Positions 12,201-24,530 of a DNA stretch of 64,000 bases are shown piece after piece. Source of the stretch: Rebecca billardiae RCC1528 (Eukaryota > Protista > Haptophyta); the NCBI GenBank assembly GCA_965240325.2, contig OZ251249.1:744001-808000 (forward strand), written 5' to 3'. A program made the translations under genes and the position numbers. The notes beneath the pieces are model-generated. The model was given only the letters and a program-made list of their open reading frames with translations. It searched no databases and was not told where the DNA came from. Every line of letters begins with the position of its first letter. Position 1 is the stretch's first letter.

Positions 12201-13321
12201 GTCGCCCTCCGCGCCGCCATGCGCGGCGCCGCCGCGCCCGCCGCCCGGCGAGCCGGCCGCGGCGCCGTCGGCGCGCGGCGACCGGCCGGCCCGGAACGCC
12301 GCGGCCGCCTTTCGCTCCTCCGCCTCCGCCGCCTCCTTCTCCGCCTTCTTGGCGCGCAGCGCGTCGGCGTGCGCGTAGTTGCGCTCCCACGCGGGCAGGT
12401 GCGCGTCGGCGCGCCGCTTCGCCAGCTCCGTCGACTTGTGGTCCACCTCCGGCTTGAACGTCGCCGCCGCCAACTCCGCCGCTTCCCTCTGCGACTTGTA
12501 AGTGAGCTCGGCTTGCGACGCGGCGACAAGCGCGGCGCGCGCCTTGGCTGCGGTGGGCTCGCCCGAGCCGAAGCGGTCGGGGCTGGTCTCGAGCCCGGCC
12601 TGCACGCCGTACTCGAACGACGTGCGGTCGAGCTGCGCCGCCTGCGCGCCCGCCACGGACCACGCCCGCGGGCTCGAGAGCTCGGCGAGCGTGTGCGCAC
12701 GCGCCTCGATACCGCTCACAGAGGGCGACACTGCGGACTTGGCGCCGGAGCCGCCGCCGCCGCCGCCGCCGCCGCCGACCTTCTTCTGACCGGAGGAGGC
12801 GGGGCGGGTGGTCGCCTGCGAGGGCGCGGGCGACGCGAGCTCGGCGGCGCCGCCGGCCTTGCCGCCACCGCCGCCCTTGCCGCCGCTGCCCTTGCCGCCG
12901 CTGCCGCCGCGCGCAGAACTGGGTCGGCTTGCGCCGCCGCCGCCGGTGCGCGCCGACGGCGGCGTAGACGCGCCGACGGCGGCGGTGGGCGAGCGCTTGT
13001 TCGCGTGGATCGACACCGCCTTGGGCGCCGGCTTGGGCGCCGCGGTGTCCGCCCAGCCCTCCGGCTGCGGGAACGCGGACGAGCCGCCGCCGCTGCTGCC
13101 GCCGCCCTTGCCGCCGCCGCCCTTGCCGCCGCTGCCGCCGCCGGCGGCCGGCGCGGCGCCCGCGGCCGCCGCTGAGGTGCCGTTCTGCTTTGGGGGCGTG
13201 CGCTGGCGGCCGGCCGAGCCCTTGCCGCCGCGGTCACGGGGCGCGCCGCCCTTGGCACTCGTGGGGGTCACGACGCCTGCCGCGGCGGCGGCGGTGGCAG
13301 CGGCGGTGGCTACTGCGCCGT

Positions 13322-13363
<42 letters not shown>

Positions 13364-13607
13364 GCGGCACGGGCTCAGGCTCGGGCTCGGCGGCGGTTGC
13401 GGCGGCGCCGGCGCCCGCGCCCGCGCCCGACTGGCGCACCGAGTCGAGCACCGCGGCGGCGCGCTCGAGCGCGGCGGTCGTCGGCGCGCCATCGTCGGCG
13501 CCCGCGGCGCCGTCCGCGTCGGCGGGCGCGCGGCGCGCGGCCGCGTTTGGCGGCGGCGCAAAGGTGGTGGTCTTGAGAACGTACGCGGCGGGGGCGTCGG
13601 CAGCCAT
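9054..13607 (-). CDS. Large low-complexity/coiled-coil protein with repeated RLY-type motifs; multi-exon
   Basis: ATG at 13607 (MAADAPAAYVLK). Motifs WERNY, VSRLYSDG, GSRLHQ, WDRLYAQ, ERLWLDA and YDRLYRSG, plus TFKPEV and FSPPQI. Intron-like GC tracts near 11322-11002, 10427-10121 and ~9720-9480. GGYAS repeats near the C-terminus. Exon boundaries approximate. Confidence 0.6.
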
Positions 13608-14042
13608 CGGCGTGCGCGGTGTGCGTGCGTCCGTGTGCGCGCGCTCGGGAGCCGCGCTGCTTCGCGGGGTCGAGGCTCGTCGGCGGGGTCGGCGGCGGCC
13701 CTTTCGTCCACGCCCGTCGCCCTCAACCCGCTGCTCGGTGCGACCCGCTTGACCCGCGCGGCGGCCGCGAGATGACGAGCGCAGATCGGCTGGCGTGGCC
13801 AATCAGCGCGCGCCTCGGCCTTGCCAGAGTCTCGCTTTGTTCCGGCCGGCGGATCCGGGCCTGCAACTGGCAAGAGCAGTTGAGAGCGGTCCGGCCGGAC
13901 TGGGCGCGATGCCGCGTCATGATCAGCTGTTTGGTCCGGCGCGCGATCTTCCCATCGAACGCGACGAAGCCGGCCTCGTCACGGGCGTCATCGCCGTTCG
14001 AATCGGCGTCGTCACCGCCCGTCACCCCCGCCGGGGTTGCCG

Positions 14043-15886
14043 ATGGCGGACGCGGAGCGCAAGGCGCCGCTGCTCGCGGAGGCGGTGGGTCAGGTGGGCG
14101 TGGACGTGGACGAGGAGGAGGGCGACGAGCCGCTCCTCGTCGACGCGCCCCCGCCGCGCGAGGCCACCCTCGCCTCGTCGACGTTTGCGCTCACGACCTC
14201 GGCCATCGGCGCGGGCGTGCTCTCGCTGCCCTACTCGCTGCGCTGCACGGGGTGGCTGGCGGGGTGCGCGTCGCTCTGCGCGTTCGCGCTTGGCTCGTAC
14301 TGGTCCCTCGCCCTCATCGAGTTCCGCGCGCTCGACCTCGGCTGCGACTCGTACGAGGGCGTCGGCGCCGCGCTGTATGGGCCGCGCATGGGCGTGTTCA
14401 TTGAGGTCGTCATGTTTCTGCTCCTCTTCCTCGCAGAGATCACGTTCCTCGTGCTGCTCGGCGACATGCTGCCCACGCTGTGCGCGCGCGCGCTCGGCGT
14501 GCCCGAGGGCGACGGCGTCTGCGCCCGCCGCCCCGCGCTCGGCCTCGCGCTGCTGCTCGCCACTGGACCCTCGCTCCTCCGCCGTCTGCACGCGCTGCGC
14601 CACGTGTCGGTGGCGGCGCTCGGCTGCCTCGGGTACCTGCTGCTCGTGGTGGCGGCGGAGGCGTGGGTCGCGTCGGGCGAGGGCGCGCTCGCCACCGACG
14701 TCACGCCCGTGCACACGCCCGGCCGCAGCTGGCTCTACATGCTGCCCGTGCAGGCAGCGGCCTACTGCAATCAGGTGAGGCGGCGCGGCCGCGGCCGGCG
14801 GCGCGCGCCCCGCGGCCGGCGGCGCGAGCGCGCCCTCGCCGCGCTGGGCGGATGGGTCGGCTGTGGCCGGCGCGCGCGGGGCGCCGGGTAGGATGGGGGC
14901 GCGCGTGGGTGCGTCCTCGAGCCGCGCGCGCAGCGTCGCTGATGCCACCGGCGCCACCTCGCGCGCGCCCCTCCCCCGGCCCGTGCCTTCCCGCCGCGCG
15001 CGATTCTCGCTGGGTTGCTGCGTGTGTCCGCATGAATGTCTTTCTGAAATGTATTGCTCGCTTCGCTGCCGCTGATTCTTCCTCGCTGCTGCCCCAGTTC
15101 AATTTCGTCGCGGTGATGAACGAGCTGCGCGAGCCGACGCCGCCGCGGCTGGCGGCGGTGCGCGCGCTGAGCGTCGGCAGCTGCCTGTGTGTGTACCTGC
15201 TGTATGCCTCCCTCGGCTATCTGCTCTTCGGGGAGGGGGTGCAGGGAGACCTGCTCCGATCGCTCGAGGGGATGCGGGCAGGTCGGCGATCGCTCGAGGG
15301 CGCGGCCGAGGGCGGCGGTGGGGATGGCGGGGCGCTGGCGCTGGCCCTTCTTGTGGGCAAGGCGGCGCTGTGTGCGTGCCTGTTGCTCAAGGTGCCGCTG
15401 CTGCTGCAGCCGCTGCGCGCGATCGCGAGCGGCTGGCTGCGCCGGCTGTGCGGCTGCGGCTGCGCGGCGTGCGTCCCGCCGCCGCTCCCCCGCTCGCCCC
15501 CCGGCGCGTCGCCCGGCTCCGGCGCGGGCGGGCGGCGGCGCGGGTGCTGCGGCCGCAAGTGCACCACCGCGCACGCGCGGCACGAGGCAGCTCACGTCCT
15601 GGAGACTCTCGTCCTCCTCCTCCTCCTCTACCTCGCCGCCGCGCTGCTCGCTCGGGTTGAGATCGTGTTCAACGTGGGCGGCGCGCTCGGGCTGGCGATT
15701 ATCACGTTCGTGCTGCCGGGCGCGTTCGCGTTCCGCCCGCCCTTCTCGACCGCGCGGCGCGCGAGCGCGCGGCAGCGCGCGCAGGGCGCGGCGCTCATCG
15801 CGGTGGGAGTGCTTGTCACCGCGTCCTCCGTGTTTGTGGTCGTCGCCGACACGCTGAGCGCGGCGCGCGCGCACGGCGCGGGCTGA
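14043..15886 (+). CDS. Amino acid transporter (AAAP / SLC38-like, Aa_trans family)
   Basis: SAIGAGVLSLPY, AYCNQ|FN and YASLGYLLFG motifs with multiple TM helices; one GT-AG intron at 14775-15097 joins the frames. Confidence 0.9.
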
Positions 15887-16548
15887 CGCAGCCTCGCGGT
15901 GGCGCCGCGGGGGTCTCGGTGCCGGCGCGGGCCGCTGAGGCCGCGTGGCATGTCCAGCGCCGTGCGACGTCGGGTCGGTGCTGACGGCCGGTGGGTGAAG
16001 TGTCATTGTCAAGTGATGCTGCCGCCACTCCTCCACGGTCCGGCTCGGTTGCTCACCTGTCAGCAGCGGCGCCGCGCACGGCTGCCATCGTCCGTTCGTC
16101 GGCACGCAGCCGGCGCCTGCCACGCGCAGGCGATCGAGCTGGAAGCGTGTACGCAGCACCCGCACGCCCGGCCAGGCACGTGCCGTCAGGCCGTGGGCCC
16201 GCCGTCGCCGATGCCGATGCCGATGGCGTCGCGCTCGCTGGTGGGCTTGTAACCTTGTTAGGGCACTTCTCTCGGCGATCATCGTGATTCGTGATTAATA
16301 CCCGCCCGACCCCGAGTCAAGTGATGCAATTGACTCAACGTCGTCCCACGATCGCTGAGCGACCCCGACGATCTCAGAATCCCCTTTAGCAGGGCGCGCC
16401 GCGCGGGGCGCCCCGCGGCGAGAAGCGGCTCGGGTCCGCAGCTGCCCACTCCGGCAGCCCCCCGGAAGCTGTTCGGCAGCCCTGCCTGTGCAGCAGCTCG
16501 TCGGGCTGAGAGCCGCCGCCTGCCCTTTGCCGCAGCCGCGGGCGCGCC

Positions 16549-18145
16549 ATGTGGGGCCAGGCGCGCGCGGCCAGCGGGATGGCTGGCGTGCGCATGGGCG
16601 CGCCAGTCGACTCGCCCGAGCTGCTACCTCCGCCCGGCCCAGACGCCGCGCGCCTCCTCGCCGCCCTGGCGTGGGGGCCCGCGCGCCGCGCGCCTGACGG
16701 CCTCGCGGCCGGCGGCGCGGCCGGCGCGCGCGCGCCGCCGACGCTGCCGTCGACGAGCCTCAAGGTGTTCGTCTCGTCCGCGCTGACGGACACGGCCGTC
16801 GAGCGCGCCGCGCTGCACATCGCCGTGTACCCCGTCGTCCGCGCGCGCGCGCGCGCGCTCGGTCTGTCTTTTGAAGCCGTCGAGATGTGGAGCCGTTGGG
16901 ACGAGGCGGAGGAGGCGGCGGGGCCGCGGTGGGAGGGCCTGCGCGGCGAGGCGCTGCGCGAGTGCGCGGCCGAGTCCGCGGGGCTCTTCTTCCTCAGCCT
17001 CTGGGCCGACAAGTACGGCTTCCGCCCGCTGCCCGCGTCGATCGCCGAGGCAGACGCCGAGCCGCTGCTTCGGACGATGAGCCGTGCGCACCGCGCGCTG
17101 TTCCACGCCGTGTACGTGCTCGACGCGAACGCGCGCGCGGGCGGCGGCGCGGCCGACGGCATCGGCGGCGCGGCCGAGGCGACCGCCGCCGCCGCCGCCG
17201 CCGGCGCGGCGGAGGACGGCGGCGCGCTGTATGCCGTCGACGAGCGCTCGGACGGCGCGCAGCGCGCGGAGCTGCGGCGCGTGCTGCAGGCGGCCGCGGC
17301 GCGCGCCGGCGCGGCGCGCTGGCCCGCGCGGCGCAGGCACGAGGTGCTCGGGCGCTCGAGGCAGGAGGCGGAGACCGAGCTCGCGCTGCACCTTGCCCAG
17401 GCGCACGCCGACGACGAGCACGCCGCGGCCGCGCCGCCGCCGGGCGCGCGCGTGCGAGTCCTGTGGGTGAGGCGAAAGTTCCGGACTGGGCCGATCCGGC
17501 CGCTGCTCGTCGGCACGCTCGGCGGCGGCGGCGGCGGCGGCGGGGCGGCGGCGGGCGCGCTGCTCAGCCCGCGCCGCGCGGGCCGCGCCGTCTCGCTCAT
17601 CGAGTCCCTCCCCGGCGCCGCCGTCGCGCGCCGCGGCATGCCCGGCGACGCGGCCGGCTCGCGCAACGCCCGCCGCGACTCCGCCCCTGCCGGCGCCACC
17701 GGGTTTGGGGCTCGGTTCGTCGGCGCCTCGGCGCTCAAGCCGCTGGCGGAGCACCTGCCGAAGGGCTCGACGCAGCCGCCGTCGCGCTGGGGCTCGCGCC
17801 GCGGCAGCGTCGACCCGGGCCGCGGCGCCGCGCTCCGGCCGGGCGGCACCACCGACCTCCGGGCAGCCATGGGCTTGCCCCTATTGCAGCAGGCGGCCGC
17901 GACGGGCCTGCTTGCGACCGCCGCGCCGCGCGCGGGCGGCACTGGCCCGCCGGGCCGCGCGCTGCGGCGGCAGGACACGCCGGCGCCGTCGATGCTGCTC
18001 GGCCGACTGAGCCGCTCCGCCGCGCCCAACGCCGCCGGCGGCGGCGTCATCGTCGAGTCGGGCGACGACGATTCGCCGCCGCGCGGCGCCGCGGCCGGCC
18101 GCGCGCCCGCGCCCACGGCCGTTGTGCCGATCGGTGGCGCGCACC

Positions 18146-18183
<38 letters not shown>

Positions 18184-19137
18184 TCGGGCGCGAGCCCCGG
18201 CGCCGCCGACGTGTACGGCGCCGCGCTCGCGCGCGGCTTCGCCGAGTACGTCGACTGGCGCGGCGCGTGCCTCGACGTCGAAGCCGCCGACCTGAGCGAG
18301 CGCTACGTGAGTAACCTGGGTACGCGGCTGAGCGCGCTCGGCGGCGGGCGCGGGCGGAGCGTCTCGCTGAGCGCGGAGTGGGGGTTCGGCCCGGACGCGC
18401 CGCACGTGGAGGAGGTGGTTGCGACGGTGCGCGGCACGCTGCTCCGCCAGTGCGCCGCGCTCGGCGCGCGCGCCAGCGAGTGGCGCGCCGCGCTGCACTC
18501 GGAGCTCGGCGCGAGTGCAGCGCAGGCGGCGGCCATGGTCGCTCATGCGGCGTGGGCGCGCGAGGCGGCGTGCGAGTTCTCGGCGCGCGAGGACTCGCTG
18601 CGCGCGCTGCTCGAGGCGGAGGCGCCGGTGATGGCCGTCGTCGGCCCCTCCGCCTCGGGCCGCGCCTGCCTCCTCGCCGCCGCCGCCGCCGCGCTCGCCG
18701 AGTCCGGCGCCCTTGTACTCAGCCGCGACTGCCGAGCCACCAACCGAACCATGTCCGTGGCCGAGCTTGTTTCGTCAATGTGCGAGCAATGGCGGCTGCT
18801 CGCGCGGCAGCGCGAGCGGCCGCGGCACCTGCTGCACGCGCTGCGCTCGATGGGCGCGTACGCCGCGCGCACCGCCACGCCCGTCGTCCTCACCATCGCC
18901 AACTGCGACGCGCTCGCCGAGCCCGCGGACGCGCGCGGCGCCCTCGCGTGGCTGCCCGCGGGCGATGACGTTCCCGCGGGCGTGCGCGTGCTGTTGTCGT
19001 GCGTGGAGGAGGTGGCGGCGCCGAGGCCGCCGGCGGGCGCGGGGGCGGCGCGGCCGAGCGCGCCGCAGCCGGCGCAGCTGCAGCCGCCGCCCGCGCCGCA
19101 GCCGGGGCGCTCGCCCGTGGCGGGCGGCGGCGGCGGC

Positions 19138-19170
<33 letters not shown>

Positions 19171-22100
19171 TACGGCGGTGCCACCGCCGCCGCCGCCGCC
19201 GCCGCGGGCGCGGCGCCGCCCAAGCGGGGGCGGCCGAGCCTGGCGGTGATGGTGGCGGACGACGAGGTGGCGCTGCCGGTATGCACGGGTGCGCTCGGCG
19301 TGCCCGAGCCGCCCTCGGCGCTGCCGCCCTCCGCTGCCTCCTCCGAGCCCGCCGGCGCGCGCGCCGCCGACGCCGCGCGCGCCGCCGACGCGGCGGCGCC
19401 CGCCGCCGACGCCAACGCCTACACGGCTGGCGCCGCCGCCGGGCCGCCCGCCTCTGCGCTGCCCAGCGGGTGCCACGCGCGGCTGCGCGCGCTCGGCGTG
19501 CCCGCACTCGCGCTGCGCCCGCTCCGCGCGTGGGACGTCGAGGCGATGACCCAAGCCGCACTGCGCGCCGCCCACCGCGCGCTGCGCCCGCACCAACGCC
19601 GAGCGCTCGCGCTCGCCATCGAGGCCGCGGCGGACGACGACGGCGGCGACGGCGACGGCGACGGCGGCGGCGGCGGGAGCGGCGGGCTGAGCCGCGGCGG
19701 CGAGCGGTGGGGCGGTGGCGCGGGCGCGAGTGACGGGGGCACGCCGCTGCACGCCTCGCTCCTGCTCCGCATCGCGCTGCGCTGGCGCGCGCCCCCTATC
19801 ACCACCACTGTGGACACAGACGCGGCCGCGGCCGCGCTCGCCGCCACACTTCCGCGCACGGTGCGGGCCGCGCTCGCCGCGGAGGTGGCTCACTTGTGCC
19901 GGGAGCACGGCCGGCTGCTGGTGCGGCGCGCGCTCGCGCTGCTCACCGTCTCGAGCGTCGGGCTCTCCTCCGCCGAGCTGCTCGACGCGCTCTCCCTCGA
20001 CGACGCCGTCCTCTCCGAGCTCTTCGACGCCGGGTGGCGCTCGGGCGTCCGGCGCGTGCCGCCGGGCGCGTGGCACGGCCTGAGGTTCGATCTGGGGCGA
20101 CTGCTCCGCGCCGCGCCCGCCGCGGAGGGCGGCGAGGGGCGGCTGCTGTGCTGGGCGCACCCGCGGCTGCACGCCGCGGCGCGCGGCGTGCTCGCCGAGG
20201 AGAGCCCGCGCGCGCGAGTCCTGCTCGTCGCCTTCTGGTCCGGGCACTTTGCACTTGACGAAACATCGCTGCCGTTTGCGCACGCAAACGCGCGCGCGCC
20301 GGTCGAGGATGGGCGGCGGCTGACGGCGGAGCAGCCGCTGCGGCTCGCGGAGGCGGACGGCGCGAGCACGGACGAGGAGCAGGAGGCGGAGGGCGAGGAG
20401 GGCGAGGAGGCCGCGGCGGCCGCGCTCCGAGCGCGCCGCCGCCGCGCGACGCGCGCCGCGCGCGCCGCGGCCGCGTCGGCGGCGTCCGCCGCGCGCGGCG
20501 GCGCGGGCGGCGCGCGCGTGCGCACGGCCGCGGACGCGGCGGCTGCTGCGGCCGTCGCCGCGCCGCCGCTCAACGTGCGCCGGTGCGAGGAGCTCGCGTC
20601 GCTCCTGCTCGCGCGCGGCGAGCGCGGCGCGGCCGCCGCCGAGCTCACGCAGTCGCTCGAGTACGGCGAGGCTCGGCTCGGCGCGGGCCAGCTGTGGCCT
20701 TGGCTGCGCGAACTGGCGGCCGCGGTCGCACCGCCTGACGCGGAGGAGGCGGCGGCGGCGGCGGCGGCGGCGGCGGGCGCGGCGAGCGGTGGCGGAGGTG
20801 GCGGAGGCGGCTCCGACCCGCCTCGCCCGCCTCGCCCGCCCTTCGGCCGAGCGGGCTCGAGCGGCGCCTTCGCCTCCTCCCGCCCGCCCTCCTTCTCCGC
20901 ACTCGGCGCGTGCGCCGCCCACGTGCCGGCCGGCGAGCGGCGCCGGCGCAGCTCGGGCGGAGGAGGGGCCGGCGGCGGCGGCGCGGGCGGGCACGGGCTG
21001 GGCCCGTACGCGGGCGCGCTGGCGGACGCGCGCGAGTACCTGCGCATGCTGCGCGCGCACGCGGAGGAGCTCAGCGCCGAGCCCTGGCGGCTGCTCGACG
21101 TCGCGCTCGCCGAGCCCGAGGGCTCGGCGCCGTTCCGACACGCGTGGCGCGCGCGCGAGGCGTGCGCGGCCGAGGCGGGCGAGGGCGCTGGGCCGGCCGC
21201 GTGGCTGCATGCGCCGCGGGTGCTCTCGGCGCGGCTCCCGATCCGGCACAGCCCGCCCGCGTGCGAGCTGCTGCTCGAGGGGCACACGGGCTCGGTCGAC
21301 GCGCTCTGCGCCTCCGCGGACGCGCGCCGCCTCGTCTCGGGCGCGCGGGACGCCACCGTCCGAATCTGGGACACGTCGTCTGGCGAATGCCTCGCCGCGC
21401 TCGAAGGTCATGGCGGCGCGGTGTACGCTGTCTGCCTGCTGGACGCGCGCGGGCGGCGGCTCGCGAGCGGCGCGGCGGACGGGACGGTGCGCGTGTGGAG
21501 CGTGCCCGTCGCGGAGGAGGCGAGCGCGACGCGCGCGGCGTGCGTCGCCGTGCTCGCCGGCCACACCGGGCGCGTCACCGGCGTGTGTGTCGCCTCGCCC
21601 GACGCTTCGCTGCTCGCATCGTCGGCTTACGACGGGACGGTGCGCGTGTGGGCGGTGGCGGACGCGGCGTGCGTGCGCGTGCTGCACGGGCACACGGGGC
21701 ACGTGTACGCGGTGTGCGCGCTCAGCGGGCGGCGCGTCGCCTCCGCCTCGGCGGACGGCACCGCGCGCGTCTGGAGAGTCGACTCTGGCGAGTGTGAGCT
21801 TGTGCTTTCGCACGGCGGCGCGCGAGTGATGTCGGCTCACGCGGCGGTCGCGCCGCCGGGCGCGACGCAGCGGCTGGTGACGGGCTCGTCGGACTGCGCG
21901 CTCGCCGTGTGGGACGCGGACCGGGGCACGCGGCTGCACCGGCTGCGCAAGCACCGCGGCCGCGGCGGCGTCGCCTCGGTCTCCGTCTCGGCCGACGGGC
22001 GCACGGCCGTCTCGGGCGCCGACCCAGACGACCGCGTAATAGTCTGGGATCTTGTGAGCGGCGCGCGCACGCACATGCTCCGCGGGCACTCGGTGAACGT

Positions 22101-24435
22101 GAACGCCGTGACGTTCGTCGGCGGGCCGGGCGCGCTCGGCGGGCCGCTCGGCGGCGTGCGCGTCGCGTCGGGCTCGGTCGACCTCAGCGTTCGCGTCTGG
22201 GATCTGGACGCCGCCGCCGAGGCCGCCGCGGCGGACGACGACGACGGTGACGGCGGCGACGACGACGGCGGCAGCGACGACGGCGGCGGCCGCCGCCGCG
22301 CGTCCAGCTCAGGGGGCTCGAGCTCGTCGGCGGCGGAGGCGGTGGAGGTGACGCCCGTCGGCGCGCACGACGACGTGCTCGACGTGACGCCCGCCACGGC
22401 TGTGCCGGCGGAAGACGAGGCGGACGGCGCGCTCGAGCTCGCCGCGCCGCCGCCTGGGCGCTTCCGACGCGGCCTCGGCGGCGGCGGCGGCGGCGGCGGG
22501 TTCGGGGGCGGCGCAGGCTTCGGCAGTGCGCGCGCGAGCGGCGGCAGCAGCGACGGCGACGGCGGCGGCGCCGCGCACGACGGCGCCGACGCCGGCGGCG
22601 AGAGCGCGCGCTCGGCGGGACCGGTGGGCGCGGCGCCGGCCGGCGCAGACGACGACACTGGATCGAAGAGTGAGCGCGCGGGTGCGTGCACCGCGCCGCC
22701 GGGCGCGGGCACGCGGCCGCGCCCCGGGCTGTGCCGCCCGACGCGCGCCGTCGTCACAGCCGCGTCCACGAGCGGCGGCGGCGGCGCCGCCGCCGCCGCG
22801 CCGCCCGCGCCGGAGTCGGAGCTCGCGCGCTCGACCCGCGCGTCCGAGGCGCCGACGGTGATGACGGAGGCGGCGTCGGCCGTCGCAGCGTCGGAAGGCG
22901 CGCGCGCGGCGTGCGCGGCGGCGCGCGCGGCGGAGGCGGAGGCGGAGGCGGGGGCGGGGTCTCGCGAGGGCGCGCGGAAGGCGCGCGCGCCGCCGCGCCG
23001 CCCGCCGCCGCCGCTGCTCGCCACGCCCGCCGCGCCCGCCGCGCCCGCCATGCCGCGCCCGCCCATCCGCCTCTCCCGCGCCGGCTCCTCCTATTATCGC
23101 GGCGGCCCGGGAGGCTCGGGCGGCGGCTTTGGGATTATCGGCGGCGGCGGCCTGGACGCACGGCTCAAGCGGGGGCACGGGGCGCGGGTGAACGCGCTCG
23201 CGCTCGGCGGGCGCGGCCGGCTCGTCGTGAGCGGCGCGGGCGAGGACGTGCGGTACACGCCCGGACTGCCCCCGGACTTTTCAGTCCGGCTGTGGGACGC
23301 GGCCACGGGCGTGTGCGAGAGAGTGCTTGACGGCCACACCGCGCCGGTGACCGCGGTGGCGGTTAGCTTGGACGGGCTTGCGGTGTTCTCGGCGTCGGAG
23401 GACGGCAGCGTGCGCGCGTGGGCCGCGGCGAGTGGCGACGAGCTGCCCCCGCTCGAGCCCGCCGAGCCGCCGCCGCCGCCGCCGCCGGCCGAGGCCGAGG
23501 CGGAGGCGGAGGCGGAGGGCCCTGCTGCTGCACGGCGCGCCGCCGCGCCGCCGCCGCCCGCCGCGCCGCCGCCGCCCGCCGCGCCGCCACCGGCCGTCCA
23601 CTCGCTCGCCGTCGGCGCCGACCGCCTGCTGGCGATCGGGCGTGCGGACGGGCGCGTGCGGATCTGGGACACAGAGGAGCGCAAGCTGCTCGCCCAGATC
23701 GAAGGCGCGCACGCCGAGGCGCCCGGCGGCGCGGGCGGCGTGCGCTGCGTGTGCCTCAGCGCGGACGGCGCGCGCGTCGCCACCGCCGGGCCCGGCGGCG
23801 TGCGCGCGTGGGCGCTGCCCGATGGCGCGCGCCTCTGGCAGAGCGCGGACGCGGACGCGGACGCGGACGCGAGCGGCGGCGCGGCCGACGCGGCCGCCGC
23901 GGCCGCCGCGCCGCACGCGCTCGCCGCCTCGGCCGATCTCTTCCTCCTCGCGAGCGCGGCCGGCGGCAGCGGCGACGTCGAGCTTTGGAATGGGCGCACG
24001 GGGGCGCGCGTGCGCACCATCGCGCGCGCGCACGCCGGAGGCACGCTCGCCCTCGCCCTCTCCGCCGACGGCGCCCTGCTGGGCTCGAGCGGCGACGACC
24101 GGTGTGCCCGGCTGTGGGACGCGCGCGCCGGCGCGTGCGTCCGCTCGCTCGAGGGGCACCGGCTGGCTGTGTGCGCGCTCGCGCTCGCACCGGACGGCTC
24201 TCGGCTCGTCAGCGGCTCGGCCGACCGCGCCGTGAGACTCTGGGATGCCGTGCTCGCCGCGGAGCCAGACGAAGCGGAGGCGGCCGACGACGAGGGCGCC
24301 GAGGGCTCGCGCGCGTCCAAGCACCTCGCCGCCGCCGTGATGACGTCCGTCTTTGTCAGCCGCGCCCGCGGCGCAGCAGGCCATCAGCAGCGCCTGCAGC
24401 GGCACGACGCCTCCCCACGCGGATCGGTTGTGTGA
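16549..24435 (+). CDS. NWD1-like STAND protein: DUF4062-like N-terminus, degenerate NACHT, many WD40 repeats
   Basis: KVFVSSALTDTAVERAAL and LWADKYGFRPLP (NWD1/DUF4062-type); P-loop position VVGPSASGRA; GLSSAELLDALSLDDAVL; more than 12 GH...WD repeats in two clusters. 2628-aa ORF. Confidence 0.85.
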
Positions 24436-24530
24436 TCATCAGGCGGCGGCGATCAGCCGCCATATATCATATCGTCAGGCTTAAAGCGTAGCAGTAGCAG
24501 TCGTAGTACGTACGTATATATATATATGGC

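Noticed and set aside
18775-22089. Long antisense or alternate-frame ORFs (also 667-2256, 37293-40379, 40431-43856)
   Set aside because: Arg/Ala/Pro-rich shadow ORFs expected at this GC content opposite real genes.
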